Below, in pieces: positions 1 through 8,952 of a DNA stretch of 54,675 nucleotides; position 1 is the stretch's first letter; the number at the start of each line of letters is the position of its first letter. Source of the stretch: an uncultured Collinsella sp. (GTDB lineage Bacteria; Actinomycetota; Coriobacteriia; Coriobacteriales; Coriobacteriaceae); NCBI GenBank assembly GCA_902496375.1, contig CABVAS010000001.1, positions 1 through 54,675 on the forward strand, written 5' to 3'. The translations under genes were made by a program, and so were the position numbers. The notes under the pieces are model-generated. The model was not told the DNA's origin. It ran no database searches and saw only the letters and a program-made list of their open reading frames with translations.

Positions 1-98
1 CTTCGCTCGATTTCAAACGGATACTAGAGTACCACCGGTCACGATGGGGCCGAATAACCCTTTCGAACCGCACCGAATCGGCAGCCGCCAGACTGGGG

Positions 99-301
99 TG
101 GACAGTTAGTTCAGATACGTATAAATCCTAGAGCTGGATTAGACACGAACACCCCTGTTTCAACTAATTTGGGCTCCCTGAGACCATGTAAACGTCCCGC
201 TCGCCCTCCCAAACACCCATTCAAACCCCATCCCAATCAAAAATTGCTCAAAACGCATCCCAAGCTGCCCCAGATTTATACGTATCTGAACTAACTGTCC
301 A
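99..301. repeat. MITE-like element with 29-bp perfect terminal inverted repeats
   Basis: TGGACAGTTAGTTCAGATACGTATAAATC (99-127) is the exact reverse complement of 273-301; the 145-bp interior is non-coding. Confidence 0.7.
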
Positions 302-371
302 GACCATTACGAACCAGGCCTCTTGCCAGCCACAAGTGATCCGTTTTCCTCCGTCCCCAACGGATTAATAA

Positions 372-411
372 GAAAAGAGGGGCTGTCCCGCGTTGATGGG
401 ACAGCCCCTCT
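372..411 (-). terminator. Intrinsic terminator of htrA
   Basis: AGAGGGGCTGTCCC/GGGACAGCCCCTCT stem followed by a U-rich tail on the - strand, just after the htrA stop. Confidence 0.8.
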
Positions 412-437
412 GGCTTCGGCATGTGCGAAATGGCTCG

Positions 438-1898
438 TTAGTAACCCTGGCCGTAGCCCTGACCCTGGCCCTGCTGGCCCAGCAGCTCCTCCAGGTACTG
501 GCGCAGCTGCTCGTCGGTAATACCGCCGTTGCCGGTGTCGGTCGAACTGTCGTCCTGCTGCTGGTTCTGCAGCTCCTCATCGGAGCCCAGCTCGACGGTG
601 ACCTTCTTCTCTTCCTTGCCGCGCATGAGCGTGATCTCGACCTTCTCGCCCACCTCGTGGCTGCGCAGCGCGATGATCAGGCCATCGGCGCTCGTAATCT
701 CGTCGTCGCCCAGCTTGGTAATGACATCGCCCTCCTGAATGCCGGCCTTGGCAGCAGGACCATCCTCGACGACGCTCGCCACATACGCGCCGCTATCGGT
801 GCTCAGCTTGTTGGTGCGGGCGTTGAGCGCGTTGACGCTCGAAAGCGTGGCGCCCAGGTACGGATGCACCGGCGTCTTGCCGTCGATGATCTGGTCGGCA
901 ATGTTCTTGGCGTAGTTAACGGGAATAGCAAAGCCCACGCCCGAGCTGGAGCCCGAATAGCTCTCGATGAGCGAGTTAATGCCCACCAGCTCACCATTGT
1001 CGTTGACGAGCGCGCCGCCGGAGTTGCCCGGGTTGATGGCGGCATCGGTCTGGATCATGTTGGCGTAGATGGTGTTGCCGCTGGTAGAGCTCATAGCCGT
1101 GGAGCGATAGAGCGCAGACACGATACCCGTGGAGACAGACTGTTCGTTGCCGAACGGCGAGCCAATCGCCATGACCCACTCGCCAACGTTGAGCTTGGAG
1201 GAGTCACCAATCTCGATCGGCGTGAGCTTGGAGGCGTCTGCATCTTTGAGCTTGATGACGGCTAGGTCGCTCGAAGCATCGTTGCCCACGAACTCGGCCT
1301 CGTAGGTGGTGCCATCGTCCATGGTCACCACGTACTGATCGTAACCATCGACCACGTGGTTGTTGGTGAGGATGTGGCCTGCGGTATCGAGCACCACGCC
1401 CGAACCGACGCTGCCCGAGCTATCCGACTCATCAGCAGACTGCGAAAGCGAGCCATTCTGGTTGCCGCTCGAAGTGGCGGTGATGGAAACGACGGAGGGC
1501 AGGGCCTTGGCAGAAACGGCCTCGGCCAGCGTGGTGTCCTCGGAGTCGATCGAAATCTTTTGCGTCGACGAACCCGAAGCACCCGCTGTCACGGCGTTCC
1601 TGCCGCCGCCAATGTTGAGCGTGCCGCTCATAATGAGCGCGATGACCAGCAGGGCACCGCAGGCACAGCCGGCAAGCGCCGTAATAAAGATCGGCAGCTT
1701 TTTGGTCTTGGTCTTGACCACCGTGTGCTTGTTCACGACCTGCTGACCGTCCAGCGGCTGGCCGGTCTGCGTGTCGTAGGCCTGCACATAGGGAATGTTG
1801 CTGCCGGCAGGCGTCGACTCTACCTGCACGCGCGGCTGCTGCTGAGTCTCGCCGGCATTGCCAACATCCTGGGGACGCTGGGAATCGTTCTCGCTCAT
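438..1898 (-). CDS. htrA: HtrA/DegP-family membrane-anchored serine protease with PDZ domain
   Basis: TM helix, GSGVV, TNNHVV, SDLAVIK, IQTDAAINPGNSGG, C-terminal PDZ; start re-called at MSENDS behind RBS GAAAGGA. Confidence 0.93.
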   Translation of the reverse strand: MSENDSQRPQDVGNAGETQQQPRVQVESTPAGSNIPYVQAYDTQTGQPLDGQQVVNKHTVVKTKTKKLPIFITALAGCACGALLVIALIMSGTLNIGGGRNAVTAGASGSSTQKISIDSEDTTLAEAVSAKALPSVVSITATSSGNQNGSLSQSADESDSSGSVGSGVVLDTAGHILTNNHVVDGYDQYVVTMDDGTTYEAEFVGNDASSDLAVIKLKDADASKLTPIEIGDSSKLNVGEWVMAIGSPFGNEQSVSTGIVSALYRSTAMSSTSGNTIYANMIQTDAAINPGNSGGALVNDNGELVGINSLIESYSGSSSGVGFAIPVNYAKNIADQIIDGKTPVHPYLGATLSSVNALNARTNKLSTDSGAYVASVVEDGPAAKAGIQEGDVITKLGDDEITSADGLIIALRSHEVGEKVEITLMRGKEEKKVTVELGSDEELQNQQQDDSSTDTGNGGITDEQLRQYLEELLGQQGQGQGYGQGY

Positions 1899-2106
1899 AG
1901 CTGCGGTCCTTTCGTCAAATAACCAAAGGCCCGCCGAACTGCCGGCGGGCCATCGTTGTTCACGTTGAGTTGTACCCCAATATACGGGCGTACGTGTACG
2001 AGAACGCAATCTTTTAGGAAGGCTTAAGTTCTGTTGCAGGCCCGAAAGGAATCCACGCATGCGGCAAAGCCACCACAACGATGCCTGTCCCCTTTGTGGT
2101 GGAAAT

Positions 2107-2769
2107 CTAGTCCTTAAACAGATAGCCCACGCCGCGGACGGTGGTGATGTGCGCCGCAATCTGCGGGCCCACCTTGGAGCGGATGCGTCGAATGTGCACG
2201 TCGACGGTACGCGTGCCGCCGCAGTACTCAAAGCCCCACACGCGGTGCAGCAGCACTTCGCGGCTGTAGGCGCGGTTGGGGTGCGTCGCCAAAAAGCTCA
2301 GCAGCGAGTACTCCATCAGCGTCAGGTCAATGGGCTCGTTATCGAGTGTCACCTGGTAGGTAGCCAGATTAATCTCGAGGTTATCGATGTTGAGCACATC
2401 GTCGGCGGTGACGGTCTCCTCCTCGCCCATCAGGCGCTGCGCGCGAGCCTTGAGCTCATTGGGCGTCGCCGTGGGGCACACAAAGTCGGCATGCGCGTGA
2501 TTGGGCAGGCGCAGGGTACCGAGCGCCTCATCGTCGACGATCACCAGCATGGGGACACCGCCGCGATCGTCAAGCCACTTGGCAATCTGATCGATGCGGT
2601 CGCTGCGGATGCCGTCGGAATCGAGGATCAGCAGGTCAAAGTCGTGCGCCGCAGTCGGCGAATCGGGAGTGGCCAGACTCACCTCGACACCCAGGGTGGT
2701 CGTCAAGCTGCGGGCAAACTCGTGGAAGCGCGTCGTGCGCGCCATGAACAGGGCACTCTTATCGGACAT
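2107..2769 (-). CDS. glnR: GlnR-like OmpR-family regulator with atypical receiver domain
   Basis: wHTH VWGFEYCGGTRTVDVHIRRIRSK resembles actinobacterial GlnR; degenerate receiver; GGAGG RBS; lies directly after the glnA-like gene. Confidence 0.8.
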   Translation of the reverse strand: MSDKSALFMARTTRFHEFARSLTTTLGVEVSLATPDSPTAAHDFDLLILDSDGIRSDRIDQIAKWLDDRGGVPMLVIVDDEALGTLRLPNHAHADFVCPTATPNELKARAQRLMGEEETVTADDVLNIDNLEINLATYQVTLDNEPIDLTLMEYSLLSFLATHPNRAYSREVLLHRVWGFEYCGGTRTVDVHIRRIRSKVGPQIAAHITTVRGVGYLFKD

Positions 2770-2819
2770 ATCGGCCTCCAAAGAAATGAGCTCAATCGTA
2801 CTGAAACAAGCCAGCGCGA

Positions 2820-4157
2820 TTAGGAGTTCGCCAGGTAGTGCTTGATCTCCCACTCGGTGATCGTAGACTCAAACTTATGCCACTCGTCGCGCTTCTTTTT
2901 GAGGAAGAAGCTGTGGATGTGCTCGCCGAGGGCATCCTTCATAAACTGCGAGTCCTCAAACACGTCGAGCGCCTCTTTGAGCGAGCGCGGCAGCGGCGCG
3001 TAGCCGGCCTTGACCATCTGACGGTCGGTAAGCTTGAGCGTCTCGGCCGTGGCCTCGGGCGGGAGCTCCAGCTTGCGCTCGATGCCGTCCAGACCAGCCG
3101 CCAGCGTGACGGCGTTGACCAGATACGGGTTGGCCATGGGGTCGGGGCTACGAAGCTCGATGCGCGTGGACAGCGGCTTGCCGGGCTTGTAGACCGGGAT
3201 GCGGACCATACTCGCGCGGTTGCGCAGGCCCCACGTGGCGTACTGCGGCACGGAGTCGCCACCCGTGGTGATGCGCTTGTACGAGTTGACCGTGGGGTTG
3301 GTGATGGCGCTGATCTCGCGCGCGTGCGCCAAGATGCCGGCCATGTAGTGCTTGGCGATTTCGGAGAGGTGGTACTTCTCGTCGTCCTCGCCCCAAAAGA
3401 CGTTGTTGCCGTCGTGGTCGAACAGCGACTGATGCAAAAACATGGCGCTGCCGTCCTCGCCCGCCAACGGCTTGGGCATAAAGGAGGCGTGGCAACCGCT
3501 CTCATAGGCCTGCTGCTTAATGATGAGTTTGGCCGTGGTGATGGCGTCGGACATGCTCAGGGCCTCGGCGTGGCGCAGGCTCATGCCGTGCTGCGAGCGG
3601 CCGGCGGCGTGGAAGGTGTACTCCACGGGCACGGACATCTTCTCGAGCGTGAGGACCGTGTTGCGACGCAGGTCGCGGGCAGCATCACTCACCGAAAGAT
3701 CGAAGTAGCCCACGTTGTCGAGCGGCTCGGGGGTGTGCTCGTCGGGGAAGTAGTAATACTCCAGCTCGGCGCCCACGTTGAGCAGATAGCCGGCCTTCTC
3801 GGCCTTGCGGAACATGCGGCGCAGGGCATCGCGCGGGTCGCCGGCGAACGGTTTGCGATCGGGAGTGCACACATCGCAGAAAACGCGTGCAACGCCGTTA
3901 TGGCTCGGGCGCCACGGCAAAATCTGGAAGGTCGAAGCATCGGGGAATGCGAGCATGTCGGCTTCCTCGGGCGTGGCAAAGCCCTCGATAGCGGAGCCGT
4001 CAAAGCCAATACCCTCCTCAAAAGCGACCTCGAGGTCCTCGGGGCTAATGGCAAAGTTCTTGAGGCGGCCGAGAATGTCGACAAACCACAGACGCACAAA
4101 GCGGATGTCACGCTGCTCTACGGAGCGGAGTACGTAATCGATGTTCTGCTGGTTCAT
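2820..4157 (-). CDS. glnA: Glutamine synthetase type I homologue with degenerate active site
   Basis: FDGSAIEGF, GAELEYY, FMPKP, NSYKR, NRASMVRIP and RIELRSPD are present; HHE/QHE/GMH are replaced by FHA/QHG/AMF. Confidence 0.85.
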   Translation of the reverse strand: MNQQNIDYVLRSVEQRDIRFVRLWFVDILGRLKNFAISPEDLEVAFEEGIGFDGSAIEGFATPEEADMLAFPDASTFQILPWRPSHNGVARVFCDVCTPDRKPFAGDPRDALRRMFRKAEKAGYLLNVGAELEYYYFPDEHTPEPLDNVGYFDLSVSDAARDLRRNTVLTLEKMSVPVEYTFHAAGRSQHGMSLRHAEALSMSDAITTAKLIIKQQAYESGCHASFMPKPLAGEDGSAMFLHQSLFDHDGNNVFWGEDDEKYHLSEIAKHYMAGILAHAREISAITNPTVNSYKRITTGGDSVPQYATWGLRNRASMVRIPVYKPGKPLSTRIELRSPDPMANPYLVNAVTLAAGLDGIERKLELPPEATAETLKLTDRQMVKAGYAPLPRSLKEALDVFEDSQFMKDALGEHIHSFFLKKKRDEWHKFESTITEWEIKHYLANS

Positions 4158-4222
4158 GTCGCTCCCCTTTCTTTCGGGCGGGTTTCGACTGGTCTATATC
4201 GCAGATACTATCGCAGAAAAAT

Positions 4223-4238
4223 GTTTCCGCAGGGTTAA
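4223..4238 (-). promoter_or_regulatory. Putative GlnR box
   Basis: TTAAC-N6-GAAAC on the - strand, close to the actinobacterial gTnAc-n6-GaAAc consensus; candidate -10 TAGTAT at 4205-4210. Confidence 0.6.
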
Positions 4239-4291
4239 AGCGTATCAAGCGCTCAAAAAACGTGCGCGAACAGGCCGTCACGAACGAATGG

Positions 4292-5314
4292 TTAGCGTGA
4301 GGTCGAAGCGCGGTGTTCGATGTGGCCGGGGATCTCGATGCGCTTGGGGGCGAGCTTTGCGGCATCGCCCACCGTAGTGGTAACGATGTCGATGCGTTCG
4401 GACAGACGCTCGACTACGCGCTCGGCAATGGTAAGAGTGTCCTGCGCTGCCGTGGTCACACCGCCAAAGAGCACGTGGTTCCAGGGATAGTCGTCAAACG
4501 TTGCGATCTTGAGACCCACCGGCAACGAAGGTCCCAACTGTGCCAGCGCCTCGGTCAGGCGCAGGAAGACCAGACCGTTGACGGCAATGAGGCCGAGCTT
4601 TTTACCCGCATAGCCGCGGATGGTCTCGTCCAGGCGACTGACACCCGTGGCGCCACCATCGGCCAGGGTGACGACCTCACCCGCAAGGCCGCGTCGCGAA
4701 AGCTCGTCGACAAAGGCCTCGGCACGCTCGCGACGCACAGGGCTGTCGTCGCTTGCCTCGGTGAGCAGGCACAGGCGCTCGCTGCCCGCAGAGGCCAAGG
4801 CGTCTACCAGGCCGGCGACCAGCTCACGGTTGTTGGAGGTCACCAGATCGATGCCACCGTCGGCAACATCGCGGTCGAGCAGCACAACGGGCAGGTGCCC
4901 CGCGGCCGCGGCGATCGCCTTGTCGTTGCCTCCGCAGGTATTGACGACCAGGCCGTCCACGCCGGCATCGATAAGTCTGGTGAGCGACTCTGCCTCCTTG
5001 GCGGGGTCGTTGCCGCTAATGGCCGTCATGAGCGAGCAGCCGCGCGCGGCGGCACTGGCGGAAAGCCCTTCGAGCATGGCGCTCGAGAACGGGTTGGCGA
5101 TGTCGGCCAAAATCACGCCGATGAGGTTGGTACGCGAGCTGCGCAGATTGCGCGCGGCGGCACGTGGACGATAGCCGGTGCGCTCGATAACTGCCGCGAT
5201 GCGAGCGCGGGTTTCCTCGGTCATCTGCCCGGGACGGTTGTTGAGATAGCGCGAGACCGTGGCCGGGCTCACGCCCGCCTCGGCGGCAATGTCCTTGATT
5301 CTCATCTGCGCCAT
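4292..5314 (-). CDS. LacI-family regulator (KdgR/PtxS-like)
   Basis: IKDIAAEAGVSPATVSRYLN HTH plus sugar-binding domain; divergent from kdgK. Confidence 0.9.
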   Translation of the reverse strand: MAQMRIKDIAAEAGVSPATVSRYLNNRPGQMTEETRARIAAVIERTGYRPRAAARNLRSSRTNLIGVILADIANPFSSAMLEGLSASAAARGCSLMTAISGNDPAKEAESLTRLIDAGVDGLVVNTCGGNDKAIAAAAGHLPVVLLDRDVADGGIDLVTSNNRELVAGLVDALASAGSERLCLLTEASDDSPVRRERAEAFVDELSRRGLAGEVVTLADGGATGVSRLDETIRGYAGKKLGLIAVNGLVFLRLTEALAQLGPSLPVGLKIATFDDYPWNHVLFGGVTTAAQDTLTIAERVVERLSERIDIVTTTVGDAAKLAPKRIEIPGHIEHRASTSR

Positions 5315-5416
5315 AGCGCACCCCGTTTCCCAATTGTCGGCAGTCTGAGCCATTTTAGGCATTTTTTTAAAAATCTCGCTTGCAAAACGCTGTAGGTGAG
5401 TATACTACAACTCGAA

Positions 5417-5444
5417 ACGAAACCGATTTCGTAAACCGATTTCG
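5417..5444. promoter_or_regulatory. Tandem LacI-type operators (AAACCGATTTC) downstream of -10 TATACT
   Basis: ACGAAACCGATTTCGT at 5417-5432 plus an overlapping second copy; an identical 16-mer lies at 8841-8856. Confidence 0.75.
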
Positions 5445-5448
5445 GCAA

Positions 5449-5506
5449 GCGTTGGCACGGAGGTGCAAAGATGTACCCTACTGTCTTGGCACCTCCGTGC
5501 CAACGC
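5449..5506 (+). ncRNA. Candidate conserved 58-nt leader hairpin (copy 1)
   Basis: About 23-bp stem with 12-nt loop TGTACCCTACTG; homologous to 8860-8917. Confidence 0.55.
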
Positions 5507-5549
5507 CATATCAAAGGTGTACGCACGAGTAAGAAGGAGCTGCGCGACC

Positions 5550-6584
5550 ATGGGTAAAACGGTTCTTACCTTCGGCGAGATCATGATGAGGCTCTCGCCC
5601 AAAGACCATCTGCGCATTGAGCAGGCGACCGAGTTTGATGTCCGCTACGGCGGCGCCGAAGCCAACACCGCGCTTTCCCTGGCCTACCAGGGTGACAAGG
5701 CAGCTTACGTCTCCGTTGTCCCGGCCAACCGTCTGGGCGAGTGCGCCCTGCGTTCGCTGAAGGTCTACGACGTCGATACCTCGCGCGTCGTGCGCCAGGG
5801 CGACCGTCTTGGTTCCTATGTGTTTGAGGTCGGCGCCTCGCAGCGCGGCAACGGCTGCGTCTACGACCGCAAGTACTCTGCCATCAACATGGCCAAGCGC
5901 GACGTCTTTGACTGGGACGAGATCCTCAAGGGTGTCGATGTCTTCTACTTCTCCGGCGTGACGCCCGCCGTCTCCGACGAGATGGCCGCCGCCTGCAAGG
6001 ATGCCCTCACCGCCTGCCGCGCCAAGGGCATCACCACCGTTTGCGACGTGAACTATCGCGGCAAGATGTGGTCGCCCGAGAAGTCGCAGGCCACCATGAA
6101 GGAACTCCTGCCGCTCGTTGACATCTGCATTGCCAACGACGAGGACGCTCCTGCCGGCCTCGGTATGACCTGCGTCTCCGGCTCCCTTGCCCACGGCATC
6201 GAGGAGCGCGACACCTACGTCGAGATGGCCCGTCAGATCTGCGCCGAGTACGGTTGCAAGAAGGTCGCCTCGGTCGTCCGCAACATCTCCTGCGTCGAGC
6301 GCTCCATCTGGATGGGCATGCTCTATGACGTCGAGAGCGGCGAGCACTGGTTCTCCCCTGCTCACGACGTGCACGTGCTCGAGGGCGTTGCCGCCGGCGA
6401 CGCTTTCAACGCCGGCCTCGTCCATGCCCTCATCAACGACTTTGCCCCGCAGGACGCCGTCAACTACGCCATCGCCGCCTCGATCCTCAAGCTCACCATC
6501 AAGGGCGATTCCAACCTGGTGACCGCAGACGAGATCGCAGCCGTGGCATCCGCCGCCGACGGTGGCACCCGCGTCGCGCGCTAA
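5550..6584 (+). CDS. kdgK: 2-keto-3-deoxygluconate kinase (PfkB family)
   Basis: TFGEIMMRLSP, GGAEAN, DVNYRGKMW, AGDAF; upstream of eda. Confidence 0.88.
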   Translation: MGKTVLTFGEIMMRLSPKDHLRIEQATEFDVRYGGAEANTALSLAYQGDKAAYVSVVPANRLGECALRSLKVYDVDTSRVVRQGDRLGSYVFEVGASQRGNGCVYDRKYSAINMAKRDVFDWDEILKGVDVFYFSGVTPAVSDEMAAACKDALTACRAKGITTVCDVNYRGKMWSPEKSQATMKELLPLVDICIANDEDAPAGLGMTCVSGSLAHGIEERDTYVEMARQICAEYGCKKVASVVRNISCVERSIWMGMLYDVESGEHWFSPAHDVHVLEGVAAGDAFNAGLVHALINDFAPQDAVNYAIAASILKLTIKGDSNLVTADEIAAVASAADGGTRVAR

Positions 6585-6668
6585 GCCGTCCCCATTCCGC
6601 GGGCCGCAGCTTTCCATACCCATACCTCTGCAGCCCGCTCCCCGATTCCTCCGGCCAGGTAGAACCAC

Positions 6669-6778
6669 TTAGTCCCATTCCGGTTTTGTCTGGCATTCCT
6701 TCACGACTGGCCTCGTAGCCGGTTCCGAAATTGCTTGTGACCCAAGCAGTGCCTCCGATAACCAATCCGGAACCGGCT
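6669..6778 (+). ncRNA. Candidate structured RNA motif upstream of eda (copy 1)
   Basis: Shares TTAGTCCCATTCCGG, ACGACTG, AGCAGTGCC(T)CCGATAACC and stem layout with 8953-9055. Confidence 0.5.
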
Positions 6779-6838
6779 CATGGCCAATCTTCTTTGGCAA
6801 TCACGCGCCCGTGCGCGCCTCACATCGAAAGGAACACT

Positions 6839-7480
6839 ATGTTCGATCAGTTCTACACCACGCTTGAATCCCTGGGCATCGTGCCGGTCGTCGTGCTCGA
6901 CAAGGTCGAAGACGCCGCACCGCTCGCCCATGCCCTTATGGCAGCCGGCATGAAGTCCGCCGAGGTCACCTTCCGCACCGCTTGCGCCGCCGAGTGCATC
7001 GCCGCTATGGCCGAGGCCGAGCCCGAGATGTGCGTCGGCGCCGGCACTGTCCTGACCGTCGAGCAGGTTGAGCAGGCCCGCACCGCCGGTGCCAAGTTCA
7101 TCGTCTCGCCGGGTTACAACGAGGACGTCGTGAAGCACTGCATCGACATCGACCTGCCCGTCCTTCCCGGCACCGTGACCCCCTCCGAGGTCACTGCTGC
7201 CGAGAATCTGGGCCTCAAGGTCACCAAATTCTTCCCCGCGGCTCAGTATGGGGGCCTCAACACCATCAAGGCCCTCGCTGCTCCGTTTGTCGGCCATCGC
7301 TTTATGCCCACCGGCGGCGTGAACACTGCCAACGTCGAGGAGTACCTGAGCTCCAGCGCCATCATCGCCTGTGGTGGCACCTGGATGGTCAAGCCGGCCC
7401 TGTTCGCCGACGGCGACTTTTCCAAGGTCGAGCAGATCGCCCGCGAGGCCATGGACGTCGTCAAGAAGGTCCGCGGCTAA
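6839..7480 (+). CDS. eda: KDPG/KHG aldolase
   Basis: EVTFRT, VGAGTV, FIVSPG, KFFPA, FMPTGGV; RBS GAAAGGA. Confidence 0.95.
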   Translation: MFDQFYTTLESLGIVPVVVLDKVEDAAPLAHALMAAGMKSAEVTFRTACAAECIAAMAEAEPEMCVGAGTVLTVEQVEQARTAGAKFIVSPGYNEDVVKHCIDIDLPVLPGTVTPSEVTAAENLGLKVTKFFPAAQYGGLNTIKALAAPFVGHRFMPTGGVNTANVEEYLSSSAIIACGGTWMVKPALFADGDFSKVEQIAREAMDVVKKVRG

Positions 7481-7837
7481 CCCTGCCATTTGGGGACGGG
7501 GTAGAAATGGTAGATTTTCTACTTGACTTCCCCGCTTGACTCGCTCTCTATCATGGGGGCGCGACCGAGGCCGCGCCCCTTTAAAACGGCTCGGAAGCGC
7601 GCCGTTTCCGTCACGAACAAGAACCGAAACCGTCTTGTATGCTGATAGAACGTGACGGAAGCGACACGCCCCCGAGCCGCTTTGCCTACTCGGCTGGCAG
7701 TCGCACTCAACTAAGGCACTTCGACAAAAGCCGAACCATCAAAACGGCTGCGGCACCGTCTGGAGGAATGGACCCTTGCTTCCGGTCTTTTCCTCCAAGC
7801 GGCGCCGCAGCGTTTTCGTGCCCCGATGTGCCCCGGC

Positions 7838-7904
7838 ACTTGCGGTGGAATACGGACTGCTTACACCATCAGAGCCGCAAAACAATCCCTATTTCACCGC
7901 AACT
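7838..7904. repeat. 67-bp palindromic intergenic element, copy 1
   Basis: ACTTGCGGTGGAATACGG...TATTTCACCGCAACT. Confidence 0.85.
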
Positions 7905-7919
7905 AATGAAGAAAACGAG

Positions 7920-8609
7920 TTAGATGGCCGAGTCTTTGGACAGCTCAAAATAGTCAGGATGTAAGGCGATAACCGGGCCCTGCTCCTCGGGCATCAGGTG
8001 CAGGTGTGTCTCGGCCAGATAGCTCGCCGTGTCGGTATCGCCCTTTTTAATGGCCTCGAGAATCCGGCGATGCTGCCGACGAATCGGCTCCCAATCCAGA
8101 TCCTGAGAGACCATACGCAACCAGTTGTATCGCTCAAAATGCGTATTGACGCTCTTCATCCAATCCCACAACATGTGGCGGCCGGCAATCTCAAAACACG
8201 TCTCATGGAACAGGTTGTCCAGATCGAAAAAGCGACGCGTTTCGCTATGGTCGAGCGACTCGGACTCGGCAAGAATCTGCTCGAGCCGATGCTTTTGCTC
8301 GGGCGTGGCGGCCGAACAGCATTTAATAAGCACGCTTCTCTCGAGCTTCTCACGCAAGAAGCAGGCGTTTTCGGCGTGTTCCATGCTGATCTTAGAGACG
8401 TAGGTGCCGCTTTTGGGGCGCGTTTCCACCAGCTCCTGCTCACGCAGGCGTACAAAGGACTCGCGAATGGGCGTGCGCCCGATTCCCGTCTCCTTTTCCA
8501 GACCAATCGCCGAAAGGCGCGTGCCGGGCTTGAGCTCGGCATAGATGATCTTGGAGCGCAATGCGTTATATGCCTGATCTTGCAAGCTCTGATAATGCTG
8601 CTGTTCCAT
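7920..8609 (-). CDS. GntR-family regulator (FCD domain)
   Basis: GIGRTPIRES...VETRPKSGTYV wHTH; DNLFH and QHRRILEAI FCD motifs. Confidence 0.9.
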   Translation of the reverse strand: MEQQHYQSLQDQAYNALRSKIIYAELKPGTRLSAIGLEKETGIGRTPIRESFVRLREQELVETRPKSGTYVSKISMEHAENACFLREKLERSVLIKCCSAATPEQKHRLEQILAESESLDHSETRRFFDLDNLFHETCFEIAGRHMLWDWMKSVNTHFERYNWLRMVSQDLDWEPIRRQHRRILEAIKKGDTDTASYLAETHLHLMPEEQGPVIALHPDYFELSKDSAI

Positions 8610-8681
8610 AAAGCCCTCGGATAAGTCCTCAGTTAGTCGAATACCACCATGCAATACTATCGCATCCCCCGCCCCCTCATA

Positions 8682-8748
8682 AGTTGCGGTGGAATAGTTC
8701 CTGTTCAAGGCCTTCAGCAGCAAAAACAGGAACTATTCCACCGCAACT
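8682..8748. repeat. 67-bp palindromic intergenic element, copy 2
   Basis: 24-bp perfect arms AGTTGCGGTGGAATAGTTCCTGTT. Confidence 0.9.
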
Positions 8749-8771
8749 ACAGCCAACGAGTTGTTGCGATT

Positions 8772-8787
8772 AGGTGAACGTTCACCT
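8772..8787. promoter_or_regulatory. LacI-type operator AGGTGAACGTTCACCT
   Basis: Perfect 16-bp palindrome; variants recur before GH105, MFS and uxaC. Confidence 0.8.
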
Positions 8788-8840
8788 TTTTATTGTTTTT
8801 CTCTTCGCGAATAAAATCCCGTGCGTATACTTAGGCTCAA

Positions 8841-8856
8841 ACGAAACCGATTTCGT
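8841..8856. promoter_or_regulatory. KdgR-type operator
   Basis: Identical to 5417-5432 and likewise just downstream of TATACT. Confidence 0.75.
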
Positions 8857-8859
8857 TGA

Positions 8860-8917
8860 GCGTGGGCAATAGGATGCTAAGACGCACCCTACCATCTTGG
8901 CATCTTATCGCCCACGC
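8860..8917 (+). ncRNA. Candidate conserved 58-nt leader hairpin (copy 2)
   Basis: About 23-bp stem with loop CGCACCCTACCA; stem sequence differs from copy 1 but pairing is kept. Confidence 0.55.
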
Positions 8918-8952
8918 AATGCCATTTGCTTTCTTCCCGTCTCGTTGGACCT

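Noticed and set aside
438..490. GQGQGYGQGY repeat at the HtrA C-terminus as a DNA repeat element
   Set aside because: Short low-complexity coding tail
2010..2030. OmpR-type direct repeat upstream of htrA
   Set aside because: The match is too weak to support
1899..2231. Long N-terminal extension of htrA (similar extensions for kdgK, eda, OYE, kdpD, kdpE, uxaA, uxaC)
   Set aside because: They run through promoters, repeats or neighbouring genes; downstream starts have good RBSs
6690..6730. ZTP (pfl) riboswitch or T-box, suggested by CGACTGG
   Set aside because: The remaining consensus elements are missing and the downstream genes do not fit
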